Shown: piece after piece, positions 1 to 7,468 of the stretch
How positions within the stretch are numbered: the stretch's first letter is position 1
Layout of the letters: each line of letters opens with the position of its first letter
Source: Patescibacteria group bacterium
GTDB taxonomy: Bacteria; Patescibacteriota; WWE3; UBA101185; UBA10185
NCBI GenBank assembly: GCA_016926555.1
Contig: JAFGOI010000004.1
Span: forward strand, 64,776-128,775
Direction: 5' to 3'
Length of the DNA stretch: 64,000 nucleotides
The notes under the pieces: model-generated
Databases searched by the model: none
Told to the model about the DNA's origin: nothing
The model's input: only the letters and a program-made list of their open reading frames with translations
Translations under genes and position numbers: made by a program

Positions 1-3
1 ATT

Positions 4-297
4 ATGTCCGTCTTGGTTAATATAGGTTTAAAAATAAGAAAGATAAGAAATTCGAGAAATATGTCTCAGGAAAGATTTGGTTATAAATTAGGTTTATCCG
101 GAAAGACGATTTCGGCTTATGAAACAGGCAGATCTGTTCCTCCGCTAAAAGTTTTGGAAAGTATTTCAAGGACTTATGGAATTAACATAGTTCAACTAAT
201 GCCTAAAGAGAAAGATATTCTTGTCGGAAAAGTACAGCGAATAAAATCCGAGTTAATGTACATTGAAACTGCGTTTGAAGAAAGTTTATCTCTTTGA
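4..297 (+). CDS. XRE-family helix-turn-helix transcriptional regulator
   Basis: IRKIRNSRNMSQERFGYKLGLSGKTISAYETGRSVP matches the HTH_3/XRE pattern; 3' end overlaps rpsI convergently. Confidence 0.85.
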   Translation: MSVLVNIGLKIRKIRNSRNMSQERFGYKLGLSGKTISAYETGRSVPPLKVLESISRTYGINIVQLMPKEKDILVGKVQRIKSELMYIETAFEESLSL

Positions 298-714
298 ATA
301 TTGATGGGCTCTTCTGGCTTTGTGTTTGTTGTATTTCTTTCTTTCTACCATTCTTGGGTCTCTTGTAAGAAATCCCTGTTTTCGTAGTATTTTTGAGTAC
401 TCTTCGTCGATTTTTGATAGTGCTCTGGATATCCCATGTACTGTTGCATCCAGTTGAGCGGCTTTTCCGGAGCCTTCTACTTTCACACTTATTGTAAATT
501 TTGAGCTGGGATGTGAGACGCCAATCGCATGAAATGGTTTAAGCCAGGTGTTTTGTTCCTTTTCGGAAGGAAAGTAATCTTCAAAATTTGTGTCGTTTAT
601 TACATGGTCACCTTTTTCCGGCCAGACAAAAACTCGTGCGACCGCTGTCTTTCTTCGGCCGGTTCCTGATGTAAATCCCTTTTTTATTTTTGTATTTGTT
701 TTGTTCTCTGTCAT
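286..714 (-). CDS. rpsI: 30S ribosomal protein S9
   Basis: GTGRRKTAVARV, LTRDPRMVERKK, C-terminal QYSKR. Confidence 0.98.
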   Translation of the reverse strand: MTENKTNTKIKKGFTSGTGRRKTAVARVFVWPEKGDHVINDTNFEDYFPSEKEQNTWLKPFHAIGVSHPSSKFTISVKVEGSGKAAQLDATVHGISRALSKIDEEYSKILRKQGFLTRDPRMVERKKYNKHKARRAHQYSKR

Positions 715-1121
715 TTTTCTTGTGCCATATGGGGGTGCGTAGGTCCCGCATACACGTATAAATTTCTCATTCTCTCTCTTTGGAGTTTATTTTTTGGGAG
801 CATTCCTTTTACGGCTTGTTCTATCACTCTCTCGGGATTTCTGCTTAATAGTCCTTCAAGAGACTCTTCTTTTAGACCTCCAGGATAGCCAGTATGCCAT
901 CTGTATTTTTTGTCCTTTAGTTTGTTTCCTGTTACTCTGAGTTTTGATGTATTTGTGACTACTACCTTATCTCCAACATTTACTCTGTAAGAGAAATTTT
1001 CTTTGTGTTTGCCTATAAGTAGCTTAGCAATATCTGAAGCTAACCTGCCCAGTGTTTGGTTTTCGGCATCTATGAAGTGCCAATTTGGTTTTTTCTCTTT
1101 TACTACATGCGTTTTATTCAT
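711..1121 (-). CDS. rplM: 50S ribosomal protein L13
   Basis: WHFIDAENQTLGRLAS, HTGYPGGLK, AVKGMLPKN. Confidence 0.98.
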   Translation of the reverse strand: MNKTHVVKEKKPNWHFIDAENQTLGRLASDIAKLLIGKHKENFSYRVNVGDKVVVTNTSKLRVTGNKLKDKKYRWHTGYPGGLKEESLEGLLSRNPERVIEQAVKGMLPKNKLQRERMRNLYVYAGPTHPHMAQEK

Positions 1122-1578
1122 CTTTAGTATTCTCCTCTACTTTTACTTCGTCTTCCTTTACTTTATCCCTGGTTACCTTCTCACTTTTCCTTGCTTTATC
1201 CTTTTTTTCTGTTATCAGTTCTATTCTTCCCATTAAAGCTTTATCTCCGTCCCTGTTTCTTGTTTTTACTATTCTGGTATAACCGCCGTTTCGGTCCTTG
1301 TACCTACTGCTTAGATCCTCGATGACTTTTCTGATAGCCTGTTCAGAGTAAAGCTTTTTTCTTAGGTATTTAACTGTGTTAAATTTCTCGGTCTCGGATC
1401 CGGTTTTGTTTTTTGCCTTGGTGATAAGTTTTTCGACATATGGTTTGACATATTTAGCTTTTACTAGTGTTGTCTCGATTTTTTCGTGAAGTACAAGTTG
1501 ATCAGCGAGGTTTCTTTTTAGAGCCTTTTTGTGATCTAAATCTCTGTTTAATCTCTTTGTCTTTACTTTATGCCTCAT
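1114..1578 (-). CDS. rplQ: 50S ribosomal protein L17 with charged C-terminal extension
   Basis: MRHK, IETTLVKAK, RNGGYTRIVK, RDGD motifs. Confidence 0.97.
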   Translation of the reverse strand: MRHKVKTKRLNRDLDHKKALKRNLADQLVLHEKIETTLVKAKYVKPYVEKLITKAKNKTGSETEKFNTVKYLRKKLYSEQAIRKVIEDLSSRYKDRNGGYTRIVKTRNRDGDKALMGRIELITEKKDKARKSEKVTRDKVKEDEVKVEENTKDE

Positions 1579-1581
1579 TTT

Positions 1582-2508
1582 TTACTCCTTGTTTCTTAAG
1601 CCTTCCTTGATTAATAATTTATGTATTTCATTAAGGGATTTTTCACCTAGGTTTTTGATATCGGCTAAGTCGTCATCTGTTTTATTGGACAACTCTTTCA
1701 GCGTTGTAATACCTCCTTTTTTTAGGGCGTTTACAGTTCTTGTCTGAAGAGGGAGTTCTTCAACCTGTATATCTTCTACAATTACTTTTGGTTTGTCTGT
1801 TAGGTCCTCATCTTCTTCAGAACCTGGGACTTTCCACGTTTCAAACACAGAGTAGTATGCTTTTATTAACTTAGCAGCCTGTTGAATGGCACTTTTTGGG
1901 GATACACTTTCGTCAGTCTCGACTTCAATAACTATTTTATCTAAGTCAGTTTTTCCACCAAATCTGGTTGGTTCAATTCTGTAATTTGCTGATACAATAG
2001 GGGAAAATAGTGCATCAAGGATAATAACCCCTATTTTTGATGTCTTTCTATCTTCCATTGGGGAATATCCCACGCCGCTCTCTACTATGAGCTCCATATC
2101 CAGACTCGCGGTTGAGTCGGATAATGTGGCTATATGTGCATCCTTGTTCATTATTTCGACTTCGGCGGGTAGGTTCAAATCGGTTGCCGTGACTTTTCCT
2201 GCGCCTTTCTTTGACAATGTAACAACCGAGGGGTTTTCGGAATGGTGCCTGAATCTGAGCTGTTTAATATTTAAAGTTATCTCTACGATGTCTTCCTTAA
2301 CACCCTCTATGGTAGTAAATTGGTGATTTACGCCATTTACCTTAATCTGCGTGGCGGCCGCTCCTTCAATAGATGTTAGTAGAACTCTTCTTAGCGCGTT
2401 TGCCAGGGTATAGCCAAATCCTGTGGGCAACGGTTCAAAGGCGTACTCGCCGAAGCGATTATCCTCTTTGATGGTATTAATTTTCAAATTACTTACTGAT
2501 ACTTGCAT
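1582..2508 (-). CDS. rpoA: RNA polymerase subunit alpha
   Basis: EPLPTGFGYTLANALRRVLL, GVKED, alpha-CTD NLGEKSL. Confidence 0.98.
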   Translation of the reverse strand: MQVSVSNLKINTIKEDNRFGEYAFEPLPTGFGYTLANALRRVLLTSIEGAAATQIKVNGVNHQFTTIEGVKEDIVEITLNIKQLRFRHHSENPSVVTLSKKGAGKVTATDLNLPAEVEIMNKDAHIATLSDSTASLDMELIVESGVGYSPMEDRKTSKIGVIILDALFSPIVSANYRIEPTRFGGKTDLDKIVIEVETDESVSPKSAIQQAAKLIKAYYSVFETWKVPGSEEDEDLTDKPKVIVEDIQVEELPLQTRTVNALKKGGITTLKELSNKTDDDLADIKNLGEKSLNEIHKLLIKEGLRNKE

Positions 2509-2522
2509 AATAATAAATCTCC

Positions 2523-3131
2523 TTATCTTGAATAGAATTCAATAATTGACTGTACATTGATTCTATCCTGAAAATCCTCCATTGTTGGGATTTTCTCAAC
2601 TTTTACATACTTTTCTTTTACATTGGCTTTTAGCCACTCGGGCAAAACAAAGCCCTCTCTTAAATGAAGTTTTTCAAAATTAGTGGGTTTTATTTCGTCA
2701 CCCACCTTAAGAATTTGAGAAGGTGTTCTTACTTTCTTTCCATTTACTGTAAATAGGCCGTTTCTTATAGATTCTCTTGCTTGTGCTCTTGATACAGCGA
2801 ATCCGCTTCTATATACGAGGTTATCTAATCTTGATTCCAGGATCTGCGTTAATACTTCCCCGGAGACACCTCTGGATTTTTGAGCTTTTTTTACGTAGTT
2901 TCTAAATTGTTTCTCCATTATGCCATATACCCTTTTTGCTTTTTGCTTTTCTCTTAACTGTTTTCCATATTCAGTAGCGGAACTTCTTCTTCTAACGTTT
3001 CCATGTTGTCCAGGTGCCTGGGGACGTTTATCCAAAATACATTTTTCTCCCTCACATTTTGACCCTTTTAGAAACAATTTCATACCTTCCCTTCTGCACA
3101 ATTTACATTTTGGTCCCGTGTATCTTGCCAT
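2523..3131 (-). CDS. rpsD: 30S ribosomal protein S4 (Cys-containing N-terminus)
   Basis: MARYTGPKCKLCRREG, LESRLDNLVYR; start moved to the ATG at 3131, downstream of the rpsK stop. Confidence 0.97.
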   Translation of the reverse strand: MARYTGPKCKLCRREGMKLFLKGSKCEGEKCILDKRPQAPGQHGNVRRRSSATEYGKQLREKQKAKRVYGIMEKQFRNYVKKAQKSRGVSGEVLTQILESRLDNLVYRSGFAVSRAQARESIRNGLFTVNGKKVRTPSQILKVGDEIKPTNFEKLHLREGFVLPEWLKANVKEKYVKVEKIPTMEDFQDRINVQSIIEFYSR

Positions 3132-3133
3132 TG

Positions 3134-3523
3134 TTACATTTTCCTTTTCTTTTTGGGACGACACCCATTATGTGGCATCGGCGTTTCGTCAGAAATTGAT
3201 ACTATGTTTAAACCGGTGCTTTTTAACGCTTTAATTGCGGATATTCTGCCGATTCCGGGTCCGTTTACTATCACTGCGATGTCTTTCATTCCTGCGGTTA
3301 CTGCATCCCCTGCGGCTAGCTCAGCTGCTTTTGTTGCTGCGTAGGGAGTTGATTTTCTTGTGCCCTTGAAGCCGGCTTTTCCGGAACTGTTTGCAAATAA
3401 TGTATTTCCCGCGGGATCGGTGATTGTTATAAGTGTGTTATTAACACCAGCGGTAATATATGCTTTTCCACTTGGTGTTACGTTTTTAGTTTTTTTCTTT
3501 TTTCTTGTAGTTTTTCTTGGCAT
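3134..3523 (-). CDS. rpsK: 30S ribosomal protein S11
   Basis: NNTLITITD, GFKGTRKSTPYAA, PHNGCRP. Confidence 0.98.
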   Translation of the reverse strand: MPRKTTRKKKKTKNVTPSGKAYITAGVNNTLITITDPAGNTLFANSSGKAGFKGTRKSTPYAATKAAELAAGDAVTAGMKDIAVIVNGPGIGRISAIKALKSTGLNIVSISDETPMPHNGCRPKKKRKM

Positions 3524-3524
3524 A

Positions 3525-3911
3525 TTATTTCTTTGATAAAGTTTTCTTCATACCGCCGACTGTTTTTCTTTTCCCTTTTCTTGTTCTTGCGTTAGATCTT
3601 GTTCTTTGTCCCCTGGCGGGAAGTCCCGCTTTATGTCTTTCCCCTCTGTAGCATCGAATCTCTTGTAGTCTTCTAATATTCTGATTTACTATCCTTCGAA
3701 GCTCTCCCTCGACGGGCAGCTCCATTTGGTTTATCGTTGCGGTAAGTTTTGCCACTTGTTCATCCGTCAGATCTTTTGCTCTGGTATTAGGATCAATTTT
3801 TGCTTTATCCAGTATTTCTTTCGCGGTCGTTAAACCCACACCTCTGATGTATCTTAGAGATGCTTCTATTCTTTTTTGTGGAGGTACATCGACTCCTTTA
3901 ATTCTCGGCAT
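3525..3911 (-). CDS. rpsM: 30S ribosomal protein S13
   Basis: MPRIKGVD, RHKAGLPARGQRTRSNARTRKG. Confidence 0.98.
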   Translation of the reverse strand: MPRIKGVDVPPQKRIEASLRYIRGVGLTTAKEILDKAKIDPNTRAKDLTDEQVAKLTATINQMELPVEGELRRIVNQNIRRLQEIRCYRGERHKAGLPARGQRTRSNARTRKGKRKTVGGMKKTLSKK

Positions 3912-3914
3912 TTT

Positions 3915-4031
3915 TTACCCTTGTCTTTGTTTATGTTTAGGGTTCCTTTTGCAGATGACTCTTAGGACACCCTTTCTTTTTACAATTTTACAATCCCTGC
4001 AGATTTTTTTTACAGATGATCTAACCTTCAT
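3915..4031 (-). CDS. rpmJ: 50S ribosomal protein L36 (zinc-ribbon type), not in the ORF track
   Basis: Manual translation of the reverse strand: [38 protein letters not shown] (38 aa), between infA and rpsM. Confidence 0.97.
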   Translation of the reverse strand: MKVRSSVKKICRDCKIVKRKGVLRVICKRNPKHKQRQG

Positions 4032-4032
4032 G

Positions 4033-4251
4033 TTATCTGTACCTGTAGATTATTCTTCCTCTAGATACGTCGTGAGGAGAAAACTCCACTTTCACGCGGT
4101 CCCCAATCAGGACTCTTATGTGAGATTTTCTCATCTTCCCCGATATGGAAGCTAGTGCGTCTGTTTCGTCTTCAAACTCTATTTTAAACATACCACTCAT
4201 CTGGGCTTCGATTACTGTACCATCTTTTGTTATAGTTTTCTTTGTACTCAC
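4033..4251 (-). CDS. infA: Translation initiation factor IF-1
   Basis: [28 protein letters not shown]; probable GTG start at 4251, just downstream of the predicted promoter. Confidence 0.93.
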   Translation of the reverse strand: MSTKKTITKDGTVIEAQMSGMFKIEFEDETDALASISGKMRKSHIRVLIGDRVKVEFSPHDVSRGRIIYRYR

Positions 4252-4268
4252 AATATAGAACGCGCCTG

Positions 4269-4297
4269 ATTGTAACAAAACGTTGTAGCTAGGTCAA
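4269..4297 (-). promoter_or_regulatory. Sigma70-type promoter for the infA-rpsI operon
   Basis: Minus strand TTGACC (4297-4292), 17 nt, TACAAT (4274-4269). Confidence 0.7.
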
Positions 4298-4309
4298 CAA
4301 CAACTTTTG

Positions 4310-4338
4310 TTGACATACAAGCACACAAAGTGTAGCAT
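4310..4338 (+). promoter_or_regulatory. Sigma70-type promoter for the serS leader
   Basis: TTGACA (4310-4315), 17 nt, TAGCAT (4333-4338). Confidence 0.65.
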
Positions 4339-4356
4339 ACTTACTATATTAGAAAA

Positions 4357-4529
4357 AGGCGTTAAGGGAGGCTTTTCCACCTTCCAGACCCTGAGTATTC
4401 GGGACGCGCCTCTGGGAGGAAATGCTCAGACGGGAATGCCCGTAATAGCTGTGAAAGAAGTAAAAAGTACTAGGTGGCACCGTCGCTTGAGAATTCGGGC
4501 AGACCCTGGCAAGTGAGCCGGGGTTTTTT
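4357..4529 (+). ncRNA. T-box riboswitch (tRNA-sensing leader) upstream of serS
   Basis: CTAGG-TGGCACC-GTC (4470-4484) pairs with GAC-CCTGG (4502-4509) as an antiterminator with a 7-nt UGGNACC bulge; overlapping terminator; GCCCGTAATAGC stem IIA-like element; downstream aminoacyl-tRNA synthetase gene. Confidence 0.8.
4504..4529 (+). terminator. Intrinsic terminator of the serS T-box leader
   Basis: CCCTGGC-aagtga-GCCGGGG hairpin followed by TTTTTT, 18 nt before the serS ATG. Confidence 0.8.
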
Positions 4530-4547
4530 GTTTAATAAAGGGTATAT

Positions 4548-5897
4548 ATGTTAGATATAAAGTTTATAAGAAATAACGAAGACGAGATAAGAAAAACGTT
4601 AACTAATAAAGGTATAAAAGATGTTTCGCTGGATGAGTTTCTGGAGATTGACAATAGCAGAGGTGATTTATTAAGAAGAATAGAGCAGCATAGGTCTTTG
4701 CGGAACCAGCTTAGTTCGGACGTCTCAAAAGTGAAGAAAGGCGCGGATAGAAATAAACTTGTTGAAGAAGCTCGTAAAGTAAAAGAGGAGCTTCACGAAA
4801 TGGAAACGGAGTTCACAGAGTTAGATGAAAAACATAAAGAATTGCTCATGAAAATTCCTAATGTCCCATCACGAGAAATGCCTGTAGGCAAGGGTGAAGA
4901 GGATAATGTGGTTTTGAAAGTTTGGGTTCCTGAAAGAGGGTATTTGGATCTAGGTAGTAATACACAGTATTCTGATGTGTCTTATATGGAAGAAACGAAA
5001 TTTCCATATAAAGATCATGTAGAACTTGGTGAGCTTTTGGATGTAATCGATGTGAAACAGAGTGCTGTTGTGTCGGGGAGCAGGTTCAGTTATTTAAAGA
5101 ACGAAGCAGTCCTGCTTCAAGATGCTATATTTTCTTATCTTAAGTCGAGACTTAGAAGCATGGGTTATGTGCCTATGATCCCGCCAATTTTGGTAAGAGA
5201 GAATGCTCTGTTTGGTACGAGTCATTTTCCAGAAGGTAAAGCCGATGCGTATAAAATTGAGAATTTCAATGTTGAAGATAAAAATGAGTTATATTTAGTA
5301 GGATCTTCGGAACCGGCGAATTTTTCCTATTTTACTGATAAAGTGTTTGAAAAAAGGGAGCTTCCCGTGAAGCTATTTGCGCAAACTACATGTTTTAGGA
5401 GTGAGGTTGGTTCATGGGGAAAGGATGTAAGGGGTATTAAAAGGGTTCATCAGTTCGATAAACTTGAAATGAACGCGTTGTGTCTTCCTGAGGAATCGAG
5501 AAGTATTTTTGACGAGTTTCTTGAGACAAATGAATGGATGCTACAGCAGCTTAAACTGCCCTATAGAATTGTTAATAAGTGTACTGGTGACTGCGGATAT
5601 AATGCGTCATACTTGCAGTACGATTTTGAGTATTGGTGCCCGGGGGAAAGAGAGTTTATTGAGGGCGGAACAAATACAATTACAACAGATTATCAGGCAA
5701 GAAGGTTAAATATAAAGTATAAAGACGCGCAGAAAACGAACTTTGTTCATACAGTAAACGATACGGGCTGCGCGATGCCCAGAATGCTTATTAGTATATT
5801 AGAAAATTATCAAACCGAGGATGGTTCTGTCGTTATACCTGAAATACTTAGGGAATTTGTCGGTTTGGAAAAAATATTACCAAAGTTAGATAGTTAA
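4548..5897 (+). CDS. serS: Serine--tRNA ligase
   Basis: MLDIKFIR, N-terminal coiled coil, motif 2 FRSEVGSWGKDVRGIKRVHQFDKLE, TDYQARRLNI, ENYQTEDGSVVIPE. Confidence 0.97.
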   Translation: MLDIKFIRNNEDEIRKTLTNKGIKDVSLDEFLEIDNSRGDLLRRIEQHRSLRNQLSSDVSKVKKGADRNKLVEEARKVKEELHEMETEFTELDEKHKELLMKIPNVPSREMPVGKGEEDNVVLKVWVPERGYLDLGSNTQYSDVSYMEETKFPYKDHVELGELLDVIDVKQSAVVSGSRFSYLKNEAVLLQDAIFSYLKSRLRSMGYVPMIPPILVRENALFGTSHFPEGKADAYKIENFNVEDKNELYLVGSSEPANFSYFTDKVFEKRELPVKLFAQTTCFRSEVGSWGKDVRGIKRVHQFDKLEMNALCLPEESRSIFDEFLETNEWMLQQLKLPYRIVNKCTGDCGYNASYLQYDFEYWCPGEREFIEGGTNTITTDYQARRLNIKYKDAQKTNFVHTVNDTGCAMPRMLISILENYQTEDGSVVIPEILREFVGLEKILPKLDS

Positions 5898-5913
5898 TGG
5901 TATTCTATGTCCA

Positions 5914-6603
5914 ATGAATGTATTTCAAGGAATTAAGTACCCAGAAGTCATTTTTGAAACAGAGTCTCAATTTAACCACAAAATACAAGTTATCCAGATA
6001 GGCGCTGTTAAGAAAATAAAAGTTGATGGGATCGATCAGTCAATAAGTCATGAGTCGAAAGCCTGTAAAAGGCTGGTGTGGGGACAGGCAGTTGATCTGA
6101 TGAAAAGGGAGAATCCCGCAGCAAAAAAAGTTTTGATTTTTGGACTTGGTGGGGGCACGATGCAGCATTTGATTTCACAATCTTATCCAGGTATTGAGCT
6201 GGTGAGTGTGGAAATAGATTCTGTTATGGTGGATATAGCAAAAAAGTATTTTAATCTTGATTTGATCCCCAATCATAGAGTAGTTGTTGCGGATGCATTT
6301 AGGGTTGTTATAGAGCCGGAAACGTATAATTTGGACGAGTCTAGTTTCGACACAGTAATTATTGATGTATATCAAGGAGAGAAATTTCCTGATCTAGGCA
6401 CTTCAGGGAACTTTTTTTCAGCATTAAAAAAACTCATATTGCCTAATGGACTAGTTATAATTAACAGAATTTACAGAGAGGATCATCAGTTTGATGTCGA
6501 TAACTTTATTGGCTATGTTGAGAAAATATTAAGAAGCGTGAAATCTGAGATTGTAGCCGGTTATACAAATTCGGACAACGTTTTAATTTTTGGAAGGAAC
6601 TAA
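5914..6603 (+). CDS. Spermidine-synthase-like class I SAM-dependent methyltransferase
   Basis: VLIFGLGGG, VEID, VADA and DTVIIDVY Rossmann methyltransferase motifs. Confidence 0.75.
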   Translation: MNVFQGIKYPEVIFETESQFNHKIQVIQIGAVKKIKVDGIDQSISHESKACKRLVWGQAVDLMKRENPAAKKVLIFGLGGGTMQHLISQSYPGIELVSVEIDSVMVDIAKKYFNLDLIPNHRVVVADAFRVVIEPETYNLDESSFDTVIIDVYQGEKFPDLGTSGNFFSALKKLILPNGLVIINRIYREDHQFDVDNFIGYVEKILRSVKSEIVAGYTNSDNVLIFGRN

Positions 6604-6638
6604 CTTTTTTATTTCTATGTTGGTGGTAAATTATGCAT

Positions 6639-7412
6639 ATGTCTTTATTACAAGCTTTAATTCTAGGAATTGTACAAGGTCTAACTGAATTTCTGCCGGT
6701 ATCTTCCTCTGGGCATTTGGTAATTTTCCCAGCTATATTTGGCTGGAATGAACAGCCTTTAGTATTTGATACAACTTTACACTTGGGAACGGTATTGGCA
6801 TTAGTGATATATTTTCGAAAAGATATTGTTAGGATGCTTGTCAAAGATAAGGATTTAGGATTAAAGATACTACTAGGCTCTATACCTGCGGGTGTATTGG
6901 GATTGCTTTTTAATTCATTTATTGAGACGCATTTAAGGAATGTATTCAGCGTGATAATTTTTTTATCTGCAGGTAGTTTATTAATGCTTCTAGCTGAGCA
7001 CAAATTTAGAGCTCCATTAAAGGGAACGATTACTTATAGGAAGAGTTTTAAAATAGGAGTTTTCCAGGCACTTGCTTTATTACCGGGTATGTCAAGATCG
7101 GCAGCTTCGATATCCGGGGGTATGTTAAATAATCTAAGACATGTAGATGCTGCCAGATTCTCCTTTTTGTTATCCATTCCCATTGTTTTAGCTGCTGGGG
7201 TTTACAAATTGATTCAGTCCGTGCAGGCTGGTTATGTATTTGGTGGGACTCTATTTGTAGGCTTTATAGCCAGTTTTTTGTTTGGTTTGTTAGCAATTGA
7301 TTTTTTTATGAACTTTCTAAAAAAGAATAGATTATTTATTTTTATTGCGTATAGGCTGTTTCTCGTATCAGTGTTGATATTTTTTGTCGCTTTGAAAGCA
7401 AAGGTATCGTGA
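6639..7412 (+). CDS. uppP: Undecaprenyl-diphosphate phosphatase (BacA/UppP)
   Basis: GIVQGLTEFLPVSSSGHL and PGMSRSAAS motifs; start at 6639 preferred over 6633 from the -10 spacing. Confidence 0.95.
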   Translation: MSLLQALILGIVQGLTEFLPVSSSGHLVIFPAIFGWNEQPLVFDTTLHLGTVLALVIYFRKDIVRMLVKDKDLGLKILLGSIPAGVLGLLFNSFIETHLRNVFSVIIFLSAGSLLMLLAEHKFRAPLKGTITYRKSFKIGVFQALALLPGMSRSAASISGGMLNNLRHVDAARFSFLLSIPIVLAAGVYKLIQSVQAGYVFGGTLFVGFIASFLFGLLAIDFFMNFLKKNRLFIFIAYRLFLVSVLIFFVALKAKVS

Positions 7413-7450
7413 TTTGTTAGTTTTCTCTGAAGGGAATTACATCTTTCTGA

Positions 7451-7459
7451 TGCTATAAT
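7451..7459 (+). promoter_or_regulatory. Extended -10 element immediately before secA
   Basis: TGcTATAAT ending 9 nt before the secA ATG. Confidence 0.55.
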
Positions 7460-7468
7460 CACCATGTT

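Noticed and set aside
3132-3164. N-terminal extension of rpsD in the ORF track
   Set aside because: Overlaps rpsK; the canonical MARY start is at 3131
4307-4516. 69-aa ORF in the serS leader
   Set aside because: TTG start lies at the -35 box and the ORF spans the T-box RNA structure; no protein features
6506-7003. 165-aa antisense ORF over uppP, and the many other shadow ORFs of 60-170 aa
   Set aside because: Antisense or out of frame to well-supported conserved genes, with no recognisable motifs
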